A DNA stretch of 64,000 bases. It comes from an uncultured Acidobacteriota bacterium. GTDB lineage: Bacteria; Acidobacteriota; Thermoanaerobaculia; Multivoradales; UBA5704. The position numbers and the translations under genes are program-made. Numbering within the stretch: position 1 is the first letter of the stretch; the number at the start of each line of letters is the position of its first letter. The stretch lies in contig OY969474.1 in the NCBI GenBank assembly GCA_963700145.1, positions 64,001-128,000 of the forward strand, read 5' to 3'. The notes beneath the pieces were generated by a model, which worked only from the letters and a program-made list of their open reading frames with translations, did no database searches and was not told the origin of the DNA. Below, piece by piece: positions 32,819 to 43,935 of this stretch.

Positions 32819-32853
32819 CCGCGGGGGCGCGCGAGCGCCCCCGCGGCGTCTTT
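32819..32853 (+). terminator. Rho-independent terminator
   Basis: CCGCGGGGGCGC-gcga-GCGCCCCCGCGG hairpin followed by TCTTT after the peptidase gene. Confidence 0.65.
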
Positions 32854-32898
32854 GCGCTAGGATCGAATCACCGAACAACTCGAGCAGCCGGAGGCCCG

Positions 32899-35256
32899 AT
32901 GGCAAACCCGTCGCGCAGCGCAGGCCGTTCCCTCGTCTTCGCGTCGCTCCTGGCGGCTCTCTGGAGCGCGGCGCCTCCCACGCTCGCCGCCGAGGACGGC
33001 CGCTGGGTCCATCGCGGGCCCTACGGCGTCGGCGTCCGCACCCTGGCCCTGGAAGTGACCGCGGACCCGCAGGGGCGCGAGACGGTGTGGGCCGGCTCGG
33101 CCAGCGGCGGGCTGTGGGTGCGGCGGCCCGGCGCGACGTGGAGCCGCGTCGACACCGGGCCGCACCGCGTCCTCGGCGTCGGCGCGATCGCGGCCCATCC
33201 GCGCCGGCCCGAGATCCTCTACGCCGGCACCGGCGAGGTCTACAAGTACCGCCAGGCGCTCGGCGGCTGGGACAACCACACCACCCGCGGCTCCTACGGC
33301 GTCGGCATCCTGGCGAGCCGCGACGGCGGCGCCACCTGGGAGGCGAGCCTCCCCTGGCAGCCCGCCGACCGCACCGGCGTGCAGGACTTGGCGATCGTGC
33401 CCGAGAGCGAGACCGCCTACACCGTCTGGGCGGCGACGACCGAAGGGGTGTACCGGCTGCGCGCGACGACCGGCGCCGCGCCCGCCGCCGGCGACTGGGA
33501 AAAAGTGCTCGACGTAGTCATGGCGACGAGCCTGTCGCCCAACCCCGCCGACCCGCGCGAGCTGCTCGCGGCCGGCGGCAGCTTCCAGAGCCCCGGGCAC
33601 GGCCTCTACCGCACCACGGACGGCGGCGAGACCTGGCAGAAGCTCGCCGGCGGCCTGCCCGCGACCTTCGCCGGCAAGGCCATGCTCGGCCGCTCGCCGA
33701 GCCAGCCCGCCGTCGTCTACGCCTCGATCGGCAACCAGATCGAGTTCGTCTACTCGAACGAGACCTTCGTCTGCCAGTACTCCGGCGCCGGCACGCCCGA
33801 CCCCGTGAACTGGCTGCTGCGCTCGGCCGACGGCGGCCTCACCTGGACGACGCAGACGACCAAGAGCTACGCCGGCTCGCAAGGGTGGTACTCGCACGCC
33901 GTCGCCGTCTCGCCGCGCGACCCGGCGCGGCTCTACCTCGCCGGCACCGGCCTGCAGCGCTCCTTCGACGGCGGCAAGAGCTTCGGCGGCTCGGGAACGG
34001 GGGTGTGGACGATCGTCAACGACGCCACCGGCCTCTACTTCATGGCCGACACCCACGAGGTCGTCGTCGTGCCGCGGGCCGCCGGCGAGCCCGACACCCT
34101 CTACTTCGCGAGCGACCAGGGGGTCTACCACTCGCGCGACGGCGGCCTCTCGATCCAGGCGATGAACGAGGGGTACGACACCGTGCAGCTCTACCGCGCG
34201 GCGACCGCCGGCGCCGCCGACCTCGTCGCCGCCACCGCCCAGGACCTCGGGCCCGGCTTCTTCCTCTACCGCGGCGCGCCGGGCGGCGCCGCGGGGACGT
34301 GGCAGTGGGTGGCCGGCTACGGGCACGAGGCGGGGGCGATCGCCTACGACCCGCGGGACGACCTCTTCTACGTCGGGCAGCACTTCAACTCCCGCGTCGG
34401 CCGCTACCGCCTCGGCGTGCCGGCGGCGGAGCAGTACGACGCGCCCGACAACGACAACGGCGGGCCGCTGTTCATCCCCGACGTCAACCCGTTCCGGGGG
34501 AGCGACAAGAGCTGTCTTCACTCGACCGCCTGGTTCGCGCCCCTGGCGATCGCCCCGGCCGGCGACGTGCTCTACGCCGGGCGCGACGTCCTTTACCGCT
34601 CGACGCGGTCGCCGTTCGAGGACCAGGACCCGTCGCACGCCGCGAAGAAGGGAGCGGCGCGGACCCTCGCCCTCGCCTGGCAGCCGACCGGGTTCGGCAA
34701 GGACAAGAACCCGATCGCCGCCATCGCCGTGGACCCGGCGGCGAGCGAGCGGGTGCTGATCGCGACCGACCCGCGCTACGAGCCGCTGCACGTCTACGCC
34801 AGCCCGGACGGCGGCTTCACCTGGCACGACCTCACGGGGGCGCTCCCCACCGGCCGGCCGCTGCGCGCTTTGGTGCTCGACGCCGCGCGCGGCAAGCTCT
34901 ACGCCGTCCTCGGCGACTTCGGCCCCGGCCACGTCTGGGCGGCGGACTTCGCCGCCGGCGCCTGGACGGGCAACGGCGGCAAGGGTCTCGAATGGAAGGC
35001 GATCGACGGCGGCGGCGCGGGCGCGCTGCCGGACGTCGACCACGGCGACCTCGCCGTCGACCCGGAGACCGGCGACCTCTACGCGGCCAACGACTGGGGG
35101 GTCTACCGCTCGCGCGACGGCGGCGCGAGCTGGCAGGCGTGGAGCGACGGGCTCTACCCGGCGGTGCGCAGCATGCAGCTCCTCGTCGCCCCCGAGCGCC
35201 GCCTGCGCCTCGTCACCCACGGCAACGGCCTCTGGGAGCGCCCGCTGCCGCGCTGA
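32899..35256 (+). CDS. Secreted BNR/Asp-box (VPS10-like) beta-propeller protein
   Basis: GGAGG RBS; signal peptide; repeated SxDGGxTW motifs; C-terminal LVTHGNGLWE. True start is inside the 31159 ORF. Confidence 0.85.
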   Translation: MANPSRSAGRSLVFASLLAALWSAAPPTLAAEDGRWVHRGPYGVGVRTLALEVTADPQGRETVWAGSASGGLWVRRPGATWSRVDTGPHRVLGVGAIAAHPRRPEILYAGTGEVYKYRQALGGWDNHTTRGSYGVGILASRDGGATWEASLPWQPADRTGVQDLAIVPESETAYTVWAATTEGVYRLRATTGAAPAAGDWEKVLDVVMATSLSPNPADPRELLAAGGSFQSPGHGLYRTTDGGETWQKLAGGLPATFAGKAMLGRSPSQPAVVYASIGNQIEFVYSNETFVCQYSGAGTPDPVNWLLRSADGGLTWTTQTTKSYAGSQGWYSHAVAVSPRDPARLYLAGTGLQRSFDGGKSFGGSGTGVWTIVNDATGLYFMADTHEVVVVPRAAGEPDTLYFASDQGVYHSRDGGLSIQAMNEGYDTVQLYRAATAGAADLVAATAQDLGPGFFLYRGAPGGAAGTWQWVAGYGHEAGAIAYDPRDDLFYVGQHFNSRVGRYRLGVPAAEQYDAPDNDNGGPLFIPDVNPFRGSDKSCLHSTAWFAPLAIAPAGDVLYAGRDVLYRSTRSPFEDQDPSHAAKKGAARTLALAWQPTGFGKDKNPIAAIAVDPAASERVLIATDPRYEPLHVYASPDGGFTWHDLTGALPTGRPLRALVLDAARGKLYAVLGDFGPGHVWAADFAAGAWTGNGGKGLEWKAIDGGGAGALPDVDHGDLAVDPETGDLYAANDWGVYRSRDGGASWQAWSDGLYPAVRSMQLLVAPERRLRLVTHGNGLWERPLPR

Positions 35257-35272
35257 GGGCCCCGACGGGCGC

Positions 35273-35566
35273 TCAGGCGATGTCGCCGGCGGCGGGGGGA
35301 GTCTCGGGATACGGCTCGATGGGTTCGCCGAGGAAGCCCATCGCGGCGATGAACAGGTGGGGCGAGGCCAGGGGCACCGAGCGGCAGAGGTGCAGGATGC
35401 GGCGCCGCAGCTCCCTCGCGTCCTCGCCGGGGCCCGAGGCCAGGCGATAGAGCTCGCGCCACGCCGCGAGCTCGCCGCGGTCGAGGATCTGCGCCAGCAC
35501 CTCGTCGCTCGCGAGCTCCAACCGGGCGCGATTCCACAGCGCTCCGGAGGTGGCCAGCGCGCTCAC
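35273..35566 (-). CDS. Small partner protein of the AbiEii-like gene (putative antitoxin)
   Basis: 97 aa, VLAQILDRGELAAWRELY; GTGA overlap with the upstream toxin-like gene. Confidence 0.65.
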   Translation of the reverse strand: MSALATSGALWNRARLELASDEVLAQILDRGELAAWRELYRLASGPGEDARELRRRILHLCRSVPLASPHLFIAAMGFLGEPIEPYPETPPAAGDIA

Positions 35567-36249
35567 GTCTCCGCCTCCTCGCCGCCCAAGAGCAGGCCGG
35601 CGAGCACCTGCGCCCAGGCTCGCCCGCGGCCTACCACGTACTGCCAGCCGCTCCAGGGCGAGCTCAGCCCCCGATAGCTGGTGAGATCGATCTGCGCGGC
35701 ATCGAGCGGCTGTGCGGCGCCCAGCCGCTCGATCACCTCCGCCAGCACCGAGGCGCCGTTCGGTTGGGGGTAGGTTTCATCGAGCGATTGCAAGGCGCGC
35801 CGCGCTCCCTCCTCGCCCAATCGCTCGAGGAGGACGACGGCGTCGAGATAGTCGCGCGTCGTGTAGCGTACCGCGAGCAGCCAGGCCTTGATCCGCGCCA
35901 TCTCCGCGAGCGTGGGGACGCGAAGCCCGGCCACCTCTTCAGTCTCGAGAGGCCGCACGCGCCGCAGCTGACGAATGCCGGTCAGGATGCCGTCCAGGCG
36001 ACCCAGGATCAAGACCGGCCGGCGGACACGCGAGGTCACCCACCCCGCGGCCGACTCCAAGTCCGCCAGCACCTCATCGAACCGCTCAGCCAAGTTGGCC
36101 AGCACGTGATCTCCATCGAGGCTCAGGCGGTGCCCGGCGTGAATCGCAGCGGCAGTGCCCCCGACCAATACGGTGCCGGGAACGAGCGCCTGGAGGTGGC
36201 GCTCCGCCGCCAGCAAGCGCTCCCACTCGGGCAGCGATTCTTCGGACAT
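35563..36249 (-). CDS. AbiEii/AbiGii-family nucleotidyltransferase toxin
   Basis: LVGGTAAAIHAGHRLSLDGD (GGT..RxSxDxD), IKAWL..R.TTRDYLD. Confidence 0.8.
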   Translation of the reverse strand: MSEESLPEWERLLAAERHLQALVPGTVLVGGTAAAIHAGHRLSLDGDHVLANLAERFDEVLADLESAAGWVTSRVRRPVLILGRLDGILTGIRQLRRVRPLETEEVAGLRVPTLAEMARIKAWLLAVRYTTRDYLDAVVLLERLGEEGARRALQSLDETYPQPNGASVLAEVIERLGAAQPLDAAQIDLTSYRGLSSPWSGWQYVVGRGRAWAQVLAGLLLGGEEAET

Positions 36250-36317
36250 GCGCATCAGGATAACGCGAGCGCTCCGTGAGCGCCTGACGAGAACGGCGGT
36301 ATTCTCGCCTGGAAACC

Positions 36318-36806
36318 ATGCACATCCAGGTCTGCCCCAAATGCGGCTCGGAGTTCCAGCCGCACGTCACGGAGTGCATCGACTGCGGCAGCGCGACGGA
36401 GACGCGGTTGGAGTCGCCGCCTGCCGGCCTGGAGGCGGCCCCCGAGGAGCGCGACGACCTCTCGGTCCCGAGCGAAGGCGAGGCGTGCAGCGTCCGCGTC
36501 GGCGATTACCCTGCCGCGCTGGACTTGGCCGCCTGGCTCGAGGAGCATGGGGTGCCCTGCCGCGTGCGCCGGCACTCGACGGAACGGCGTTCCTACGCCG
36601 TCTGGGTAGCGCCGGAGGACCTCGAGCGAGCGCTCGAGCTGGACCGCGAGAATTTCGCCTCCCAGGTGCCCGACGCGCCGGACATGCCGATCGAGCTGCC
36701 CGCGGACCGCTGCCCCGCCTGCGGCGCGCGGATCGCGCCGACCGCGCCGGAGTGCCCGGACTGCGGACTGGTCGTCGACTACGCGCCGGAGGAGCCGGCC
36801 CCCTAA
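36318..36806 (+). CDS. Double zinc-ribbon protein with a central DUF2007-like domain
   Basis: CPKC..CIDC at the N-terminus, CPAC..CPDC at the C-terminus; LEEHGVPC..VWVAPEDLERA. Confidence 0.7.
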   Translation: MHIQVCPKCGSEFQPHVTECIDCGSATETRLESPPAGLEAAPEERDDLSVPSEGEACSVRVGDYPAALDLAAWLEEHGVPCRVRRHSTERRSYAVWVAPEDLERALELDRENFASQVPDAPDMPIELPADRCPACGARIAPTAPECPDCGLVVDYAPEEPAP

Positions 36807-36812
36807 AGAACG

Positions 36813-39272
<2,460 letters not shown>

Positions 39273-39324
39273 GGCACGGTCCTCCCGGGTCCTCCAGATC
39301 GTACGCCGGGAGGGGCGCCGAGTT

Positions 39325-42300
39325 TCAGGCGGCGCGGACCTCGAGCGCGGTGCGCACGGCGCGGCCGAGGTCCTTGGTCGAGAAGGGCTTCTGTAGAAAG
39401 GCGGCCTCATGGTCGCCGAGCGAGAGCTCGTCCTGGCGGCCGGACACGAAGAGCACCGGCGTCTCGGGGCGCAGGGCGAGCAGGCGGCTGGCGAGCTCCG
39501 GGCCGCCCATGCCCGGCATGTTGACGTCGGTCACCAGCAGGTCGAGGGGCCCGTCGTGACGCTCGGCCAGCGCCAGCGCCTCGCGGCCGGAGGCCGCTTC
39601 CAGCACCCGGTAGCCGAGGCCGCGCAGCAGCCTCACCGTCACGCCGCGCACGGCGTGCTCGTCCTCGACCACCAGCACGGTCTCGTTGCCGCCCGGGGCG
39701 GCGGTCTCCTCGGCGCCGCCGGCGGCCGCTTCCAGCTCCGCCACCGGCAGGTAGATGCTGAAGCGCGCGCCTTCCCCCGGCGCGCTGTCGACGAAGATGC
39801 GGCCGCCGCTCTGGCTGACGAAGCCGTAGGCGGTGGCGAGCCCGAGGCCGGTCCCCCCGCCCTCCTGGCGGGTGCTGAAGAAGGGCTCGAAGACCCGCGC
39901 CCGGGTCTCGGCGTCCATGCCGATCCCGGTATCGGCGACGGTGACCAGCACCCAGCGTCCCGCCGGCACCTCGGCGTGCGGCGCCGGCCGGCCGGGATGG
40001 ACGTCGATGGCCGCCGTGCGCACCGTCAAGCGCCCGCCCTGCGGCATGGCGTGGCGGGCGTTGACCGCCAGGTTGACCAGCACGTGCTCCATCCGGCCGG
40101 GGTCGATGAGCACCAGCCCGAGCTCCGGATCGAGCTCCGTCACCAGCTCGACGTCGCCGCCGATCAGGCGGCGGAGCATCTTCTCGACCCCCGTGACCAC
40201 CTGGTTGAAGTCCACCACCTCCGGCTCCATCGCCTGCCGCCGCGCGAAGGCGAGGAGCTCGCGGGTCAGCGCCGAGGCGCGCAGGCCGGCTTCCTGAATG
40301 GCGGTCAGGCTGCTGGTGAGAGGCGCGTCGTCTTCGCGCTCCATCAGCAGCAGGTCGGCGTAGCCCAGGATGACCACCAGACAGTTGTTGAAGTCGTGGG
40401 CGACCCCGGCCGAGAGGCGGCCGATGGCCTCCATCTTCTCGGCGTGGAGGAGCTGCTGCTCGAGCCGCTTCTTGTCCGCCTCGTCGCGCTTGCGGCGCGC
40501 GATGTCGCGCACCGCGACGACCGTCGCGTCTTCGCCCTGGAAGTGGAAGCTCGCGGCCTCGACCTCGAGGTCGACGAGCCCGCCGTCGCGGCGGACGCCG
40601 CTGGTCTCGCGGGCGCCGGCGCCGGGCTCCACCGCCGCGTCGGGGAGGAGCTCGGCCAGCCGCCGGCCGATCAGCTCCGCGGCCTCGTAGCCGAGGATCG
40701 AGGGCAGCGCCTGGTTGACCTCCAGGACGACGCCGCCGCGGACGATCGCGATGCCCTCGACGGTGGCGGCGAACAGAGTGCGGAAGCGCTTCTCGCTGCG
40801 CCGGATCTCCTCCTCGGCCGCCTTGCGCTGCTCGATCTCCTGCTGCGAGCGCTCGAAGAGGCGGATGTTGTCGGCCACCGGCGCGAGCTGGTTGGCGACC
40901 GTGGCGAGCAGGTGGACGTCGCTCGCCGGGAAGTAGTCGTCCGGATCGCGGCGGCCGATGAGCCAGACGCCGATCGTCTCGCCCTGGAGCGCCAGCGGCA
41001 CGACCAGCCGCACCCAGGCGAAGCGCCCGGGCAGCGGGCCCGGCAGGAGCGGCAGGCGGGTGCCGCTGTCGGGCAGGAGCGCGTGCAGCTCGGCGGCGGC
41101 GGGCGCCGCGGCGTCGGGCGGCAAGTCGTGCTCGAAGAGCGGCTCGGCGCGCTCCTCAGCAAACAGATAGAGCGCGGAGCAGCGGATCAGCAGCGCCGGG
41201 AGGACCTGGTCGACCACGACCCGCGCCAGGGTCTCGCGGTCGAAGGCGCTCGAGACGCGCGCCGAGACCAGCTCCACCACCTGCTCGGGCAGGTGCCTGA
41301 TGCCGAAAACGTGGCGGTCCACGAACGCCTGGAAGCGGCCGCGCAGGGCGGGCGCCGCGGTCACCATGACGAGCGCGACGATGAGCGCCGCGCCGTAGAG
41401 CCCGCCCTGGTTGCGCGGCTGGCCGAGCTGCAGCAGGACGAGCAGATAAAGCGGCGCCCAGAGGGCGAAGAAGCCGAAGACGCCGAGCAGCCGGTTGGGG
41501 CGGAACTCGAGCGCGGCGAAGGAGTGCTTGTAGATCGAGTAGAGATAGGACAGCGGCAGCAGGGGAACGGCGAGCAGCGAGATCAGGCCCAGCTCGAGCA
41601 GCCCGCCCTCGAGCTCGCCGCGGCGCGACATCAGCGGCAGCGCGAAGAACACCAGGAAGACCGGCGTGAAGCCGACCGCGACGCCGAAGGCCATGATGCG
41701 GTTGGCGATCTTGACCGCCGGCGACGCCGGCAGCACCAGGCGCACGGCGAGCAGGGCCAGCGCCAGCGCCACCCCCAGGGCGAAGGAGCCGACGTAGAGG
41801 AACTGGATGGCGTCCAGCCGGCGCGCGGCGTCGAGCGCCAGCAGGACGATCGAGCCGCCGTAGAGCAGGCCGAGCAGGGGCGCGCGCCCGCGGCCGAGCA
41901 GCGGCGACGGCAGCAGGAGATGGAGGTGGACGGCCAGCGGCAGGAACAGCCAGACCACGACGTGGAAGACCACCGCCGCCCCGCCGGCGTGGCGGGCCGA
42001 GGCCATCCCCGAAGCGAGCAGGACGGCCGTCAGGTAGCTGAACAGGACGAGCACCAGCCAGCGCTCGTCGTGCGGGCGGAGGAAGATGACCAGCGCCGTC
42101 CCCATCAGCCAGAACACCAGCGGCAGCAGGGTGAGCAGGATGGCGTGCGCCAGGGGGCGTCCGATGTTGCGGCGCACCCCCACCTCCACCGTCCGCACCT
42201 CGCCGGCCCGCAGCAGCCGCACCTCGGCCCTGCCATCGCCGGCGAAGGCCGCGAACGGCTCGGCCATGCGGTCCTGGCGATAGCGCTCGAAGGTCAGTCC

Positions 42301-42519
42301 GCCGATCGACAGCACGCGGTCGCCGACCCGCGGGCAGTCCGCGCCGCGCGGGCAGGGCTCGGCCTGGACGACTTCCCATGTCATGGAGAACGGCGTGAAG
42401 CCGATGTCGGGGAGGAGCGCCGCTTGCGGGTAGTAGACGCAAGACACCAGCGCGAGGAGCGACACGGCGATCCAGACGAGGTCGCCGGCGTGGGGCGCGA
42501 TGGCGCGGCGGCGGTACAT
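39325..42519 (-). CDS. Hybrid sensor histidine kinase: TM-PDZ-multi-TM-GAF-PAS-HisKA-HATPase-REC
   Basis: PDZ-like RVGDRVLSIGG..VRLLRAGE; about 8 further TM helices; GAF; PAS; AHDFNN H-box; NLAVNARHAM; GTGLGL; REC (VVEDE, LLVTDV, LQKPF). Confidence 0.9.
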   Translation of the reverse strand: MYRRRAIAPHAGDLVWIAVSLLALVSCVYYPQAALLPDIGFTPFSMTWEVVQAEPCPRGADCPRVGDRVLSIGGLTFERYRQDRMAEPFAAFAGDGRAEVRLLRAGEVRTVEVGVRRNIGRPLAHAILLTLLPLVFWLMGTALVIFLRPHDERWLVLVLFSYLTAVLLASGMASARHAGGAAVVFHVVVWLFLPLAVHLHLLLPSPLLGRGRAPLLGLLYGGSIVLLALDAARRLDAIQFLYVGSFALGVALALALLAVRLVLPASPAVKIANRIMAFGVAVGFTPVFLVFFALPLMSRRGELEGGLLELGLISLLAVPLLPLSYLYSIYKHSFAALEFRPNRLLGVFGFFALWAPLYLLVLLQLGQPRNQGGLYGAALIVALVMVTAAPALRGRFQAFVDRHVFGIRHLPEQVVELVSARVSSAFDRETLARVVVDQVLPALLIRCSALYLFAEERAEPLFEHDLPPDAAAPAAAELHALLPDSGTRLPLLPGPLPGRFAWVRLVVPLALQGETIGVWLIGRRDPDDYFPASDVHLLATVANQLAPVADNIRLFERSQQEIEQRKAAEEEIRRSEKRFRTLFAATVEGIAIVRGGVVLEVNQALPSILGYEAAELIGRRLAELLPDAAVEPGAGARETSGVRRDGGLVDLEVEAASFHFQGEDATVVAVRDIARRKRDEADKKRLEQQLLHAEKMEAIGRLSAGVAHDFNNCLVVILGYADLLLMEREDDAPLTSSLTAIQEAGLRASALTRELLAFARRQAMEPEVVDFNQVVTGVEKMLRRLIGGDVELVTELDPELGLVLIDPGRMEHVLVNLAVNARHAMPQGGRLTVRTAAIDVHPGRPAPHAEVPAGRWVLVTVADTGIGMDAETRARVFEPFFSTRQEGGGTGLGLATAYGFVSQSGGRIFVDSAPGEGARFSIYLPVAELEAAAGGAEETAAPGGNETVLVVEDEHAVRGVTVRLLRGLGYRVLEAASGREALALAERHDGPLDLLVTDVNMPGMGGPELASRLLALRPETPVLFVSGRQDELSLGDHEAAFLQKPFSTKDLGRAVRTALEVRAA

Positions 42520-42524
42520 CTCCC

Positions 42525-43478
42525 TCAGCCGGCCGCGCCGCTGAGCACGTCGCCGGCGCCGACCGTCGCGAGCAGGCGCGAGAGCGGCTCGCATTGGCGG
42601 GAGAGGAGCCGCTCGAGGGGGCGCGGATCGCGGATGGGCGCCGCGGCGAGCAACCCCTGCGCTTCCTGCGCGAACGCGGTCAAGCGGTAGAGGCAGTAGG
42701 CGACGGCGCCGCAGCGGGCCAGGATCTGCTGCGCCTCGGCGAGCGCCGCCGGCTCGCCGGCCCGCGCCGCCAGGGCGAGGAAGGCCGCCCGCTCCGGATG
42801 CTCGGCGGTCATGGCGTAGAGGATCGCGAGGTTGCCGCGGCCGCGTCTCCAGTCGGCGCTCGCCGGCGTCTCCAGCGCATCATTGAGGTCGTCGCTCACC
42901 TGGACGAAGTGCGCCATGGCAGCGCCCAGGCGCCCCAGGGCTGCGACCGTCGCGGGCGGCGCGCCGCCCAGAAGGGCGCCGATCTCGAGCGCGGCGGCGA
43001 AGAGCGGCGGCGTCTTGGCGTCGACGACCCGCCAGTACGTCGCTTCGTCCGCCGGCTCGCGGGCGTCCAGCTCCTGCCCGCGCGCCGTCGCCAGCGCCAT
43101 GCGCGCCAGGCACGCCTGCAGGCCGGCGCGGGTAGCGCCGCCGGCCGCGGCTTCGTCGAGGAGCAGATGCGCCGCGGCCTGGAAGGCCAGGGCGAGGTTC
43201 GCGGCGCGCCCGGTCCCGAGGCGCCGGTACTCGCCATGCGGATCGTCGTCCAGCAGATCGTCCACCAAGTGGATGCCGGTGAGGGCGCAGAAGACGGCGG
43301 CGGCCCCGGGGAGTGCCGCCTCGGCCTCGCCGCCCACCGCCAGGCACGCGGCCGGCGGGTAGTCCCAGACCGAGCCGCTCTCCTGGTGCACGGCGCGCTC
43401 GGCGTAGGCCAGCGCCTCCGGCCAGCCGGCGATCTCGGGCAGACCGCGCAGGCGGTCGAGGATCTCTGCAATTGCCAT
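42525..43478 (-). CDS. Class I isoprenoid-synthase-fold protein, ComQ-like putative peptide tryptophan prenyltransferase
   Basis: First Asp-rich motif HLVDDLLDDD, GQELD, KT motif, second motif QVSDDLND; lacks the RRG after the first motif typical of chain-elongating polyprenyl synthases. Confidence 0.8.
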   Translation of the reverse strand: MAIAEILDRLRGLPEIAGWPEALAYAERAVHQESGSVWDYPPAACLAVGGEAEAALPGAAAVFCALTGIHLVDDLLDDDPHGEYRRLGTGRAANLALAFQAAAHLLLDEAAAGGATRAGLQACLARMALATARGQELDAREPADEATYWRVVDAKTPPLFAAALEIGALLGGAPPATVAALGRLGAAMAHFVQVSDDLNDALETPASADWRRGRGNLAILYAMTAEHPERAAFLALAARAGEPAALAEAQQILARCGAVAYCLYRLTAFAQEAQGLLAAAPIRDPRPLERLLSRQCEPLSRLLATVGAGDVLSGAAG

Positions 43479-43551
43479 CGGATGGCGATCCGCGTGAGTC
43501 CGTGCCCCGATCAGGCCGGCCGGCAGGAGGCAATGCGCGTCCTTACGGCGG

Positions 43552-43728
43552 TCAGAGCGATGACCCCTCCTCATGCGTCTCGTGGTTGGTGGTGGGCCAC
43601 ACGCCCCATTCCCCGGGCGCGATGACGCTGAGGTCGTCGATCGGGGGCAGCGCGCGCAAGGCCGCGACAAACGCCTCCGGCTCGGGTGAGGTGAAGCGGT
43701 CATGGAAGCTGTCGATCGTGAGGTGCAT
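43552..43728 (-). CDS. 58-aa Trp-containing peptide, putative ComX-like pheromone precursor
   Basis: AGGAGG RBS before ATG 43728; MHLTIDSFHDRFTSPEPEAFVAALRALPPIDDLSVIAPGEWGVWPTTNHETHEEGSSL; first gene of the peptide-prenyltransferase-kinase run. Confidence 0.65.
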   Translation of the reverse strand: MHLTIDSFHDRFTSPEPEAFVAALRALPPIDDLSVIAPGEWGVWPTTNHETHEEGSSL

Positions 43729-43935
43729 GGGCAGGGCCCTCCTAAAAAAGAGGGGGAGGATTCCCCCTCGGTTGCCTGATCCTTCCGACATCGCCTGAGC
43801 GACTGGAGTGGGCGTAGTGTGCCACGGCTTTTCAGCGTCGGGTTGAATGATTCTTAACGGCGACGTGCAGAAATCGGGGCAGGTGCGTGCGCGGCGCGAG
43901 CACGGCGATAGGATCGTTTCCTGCCGGAGAGAGAC

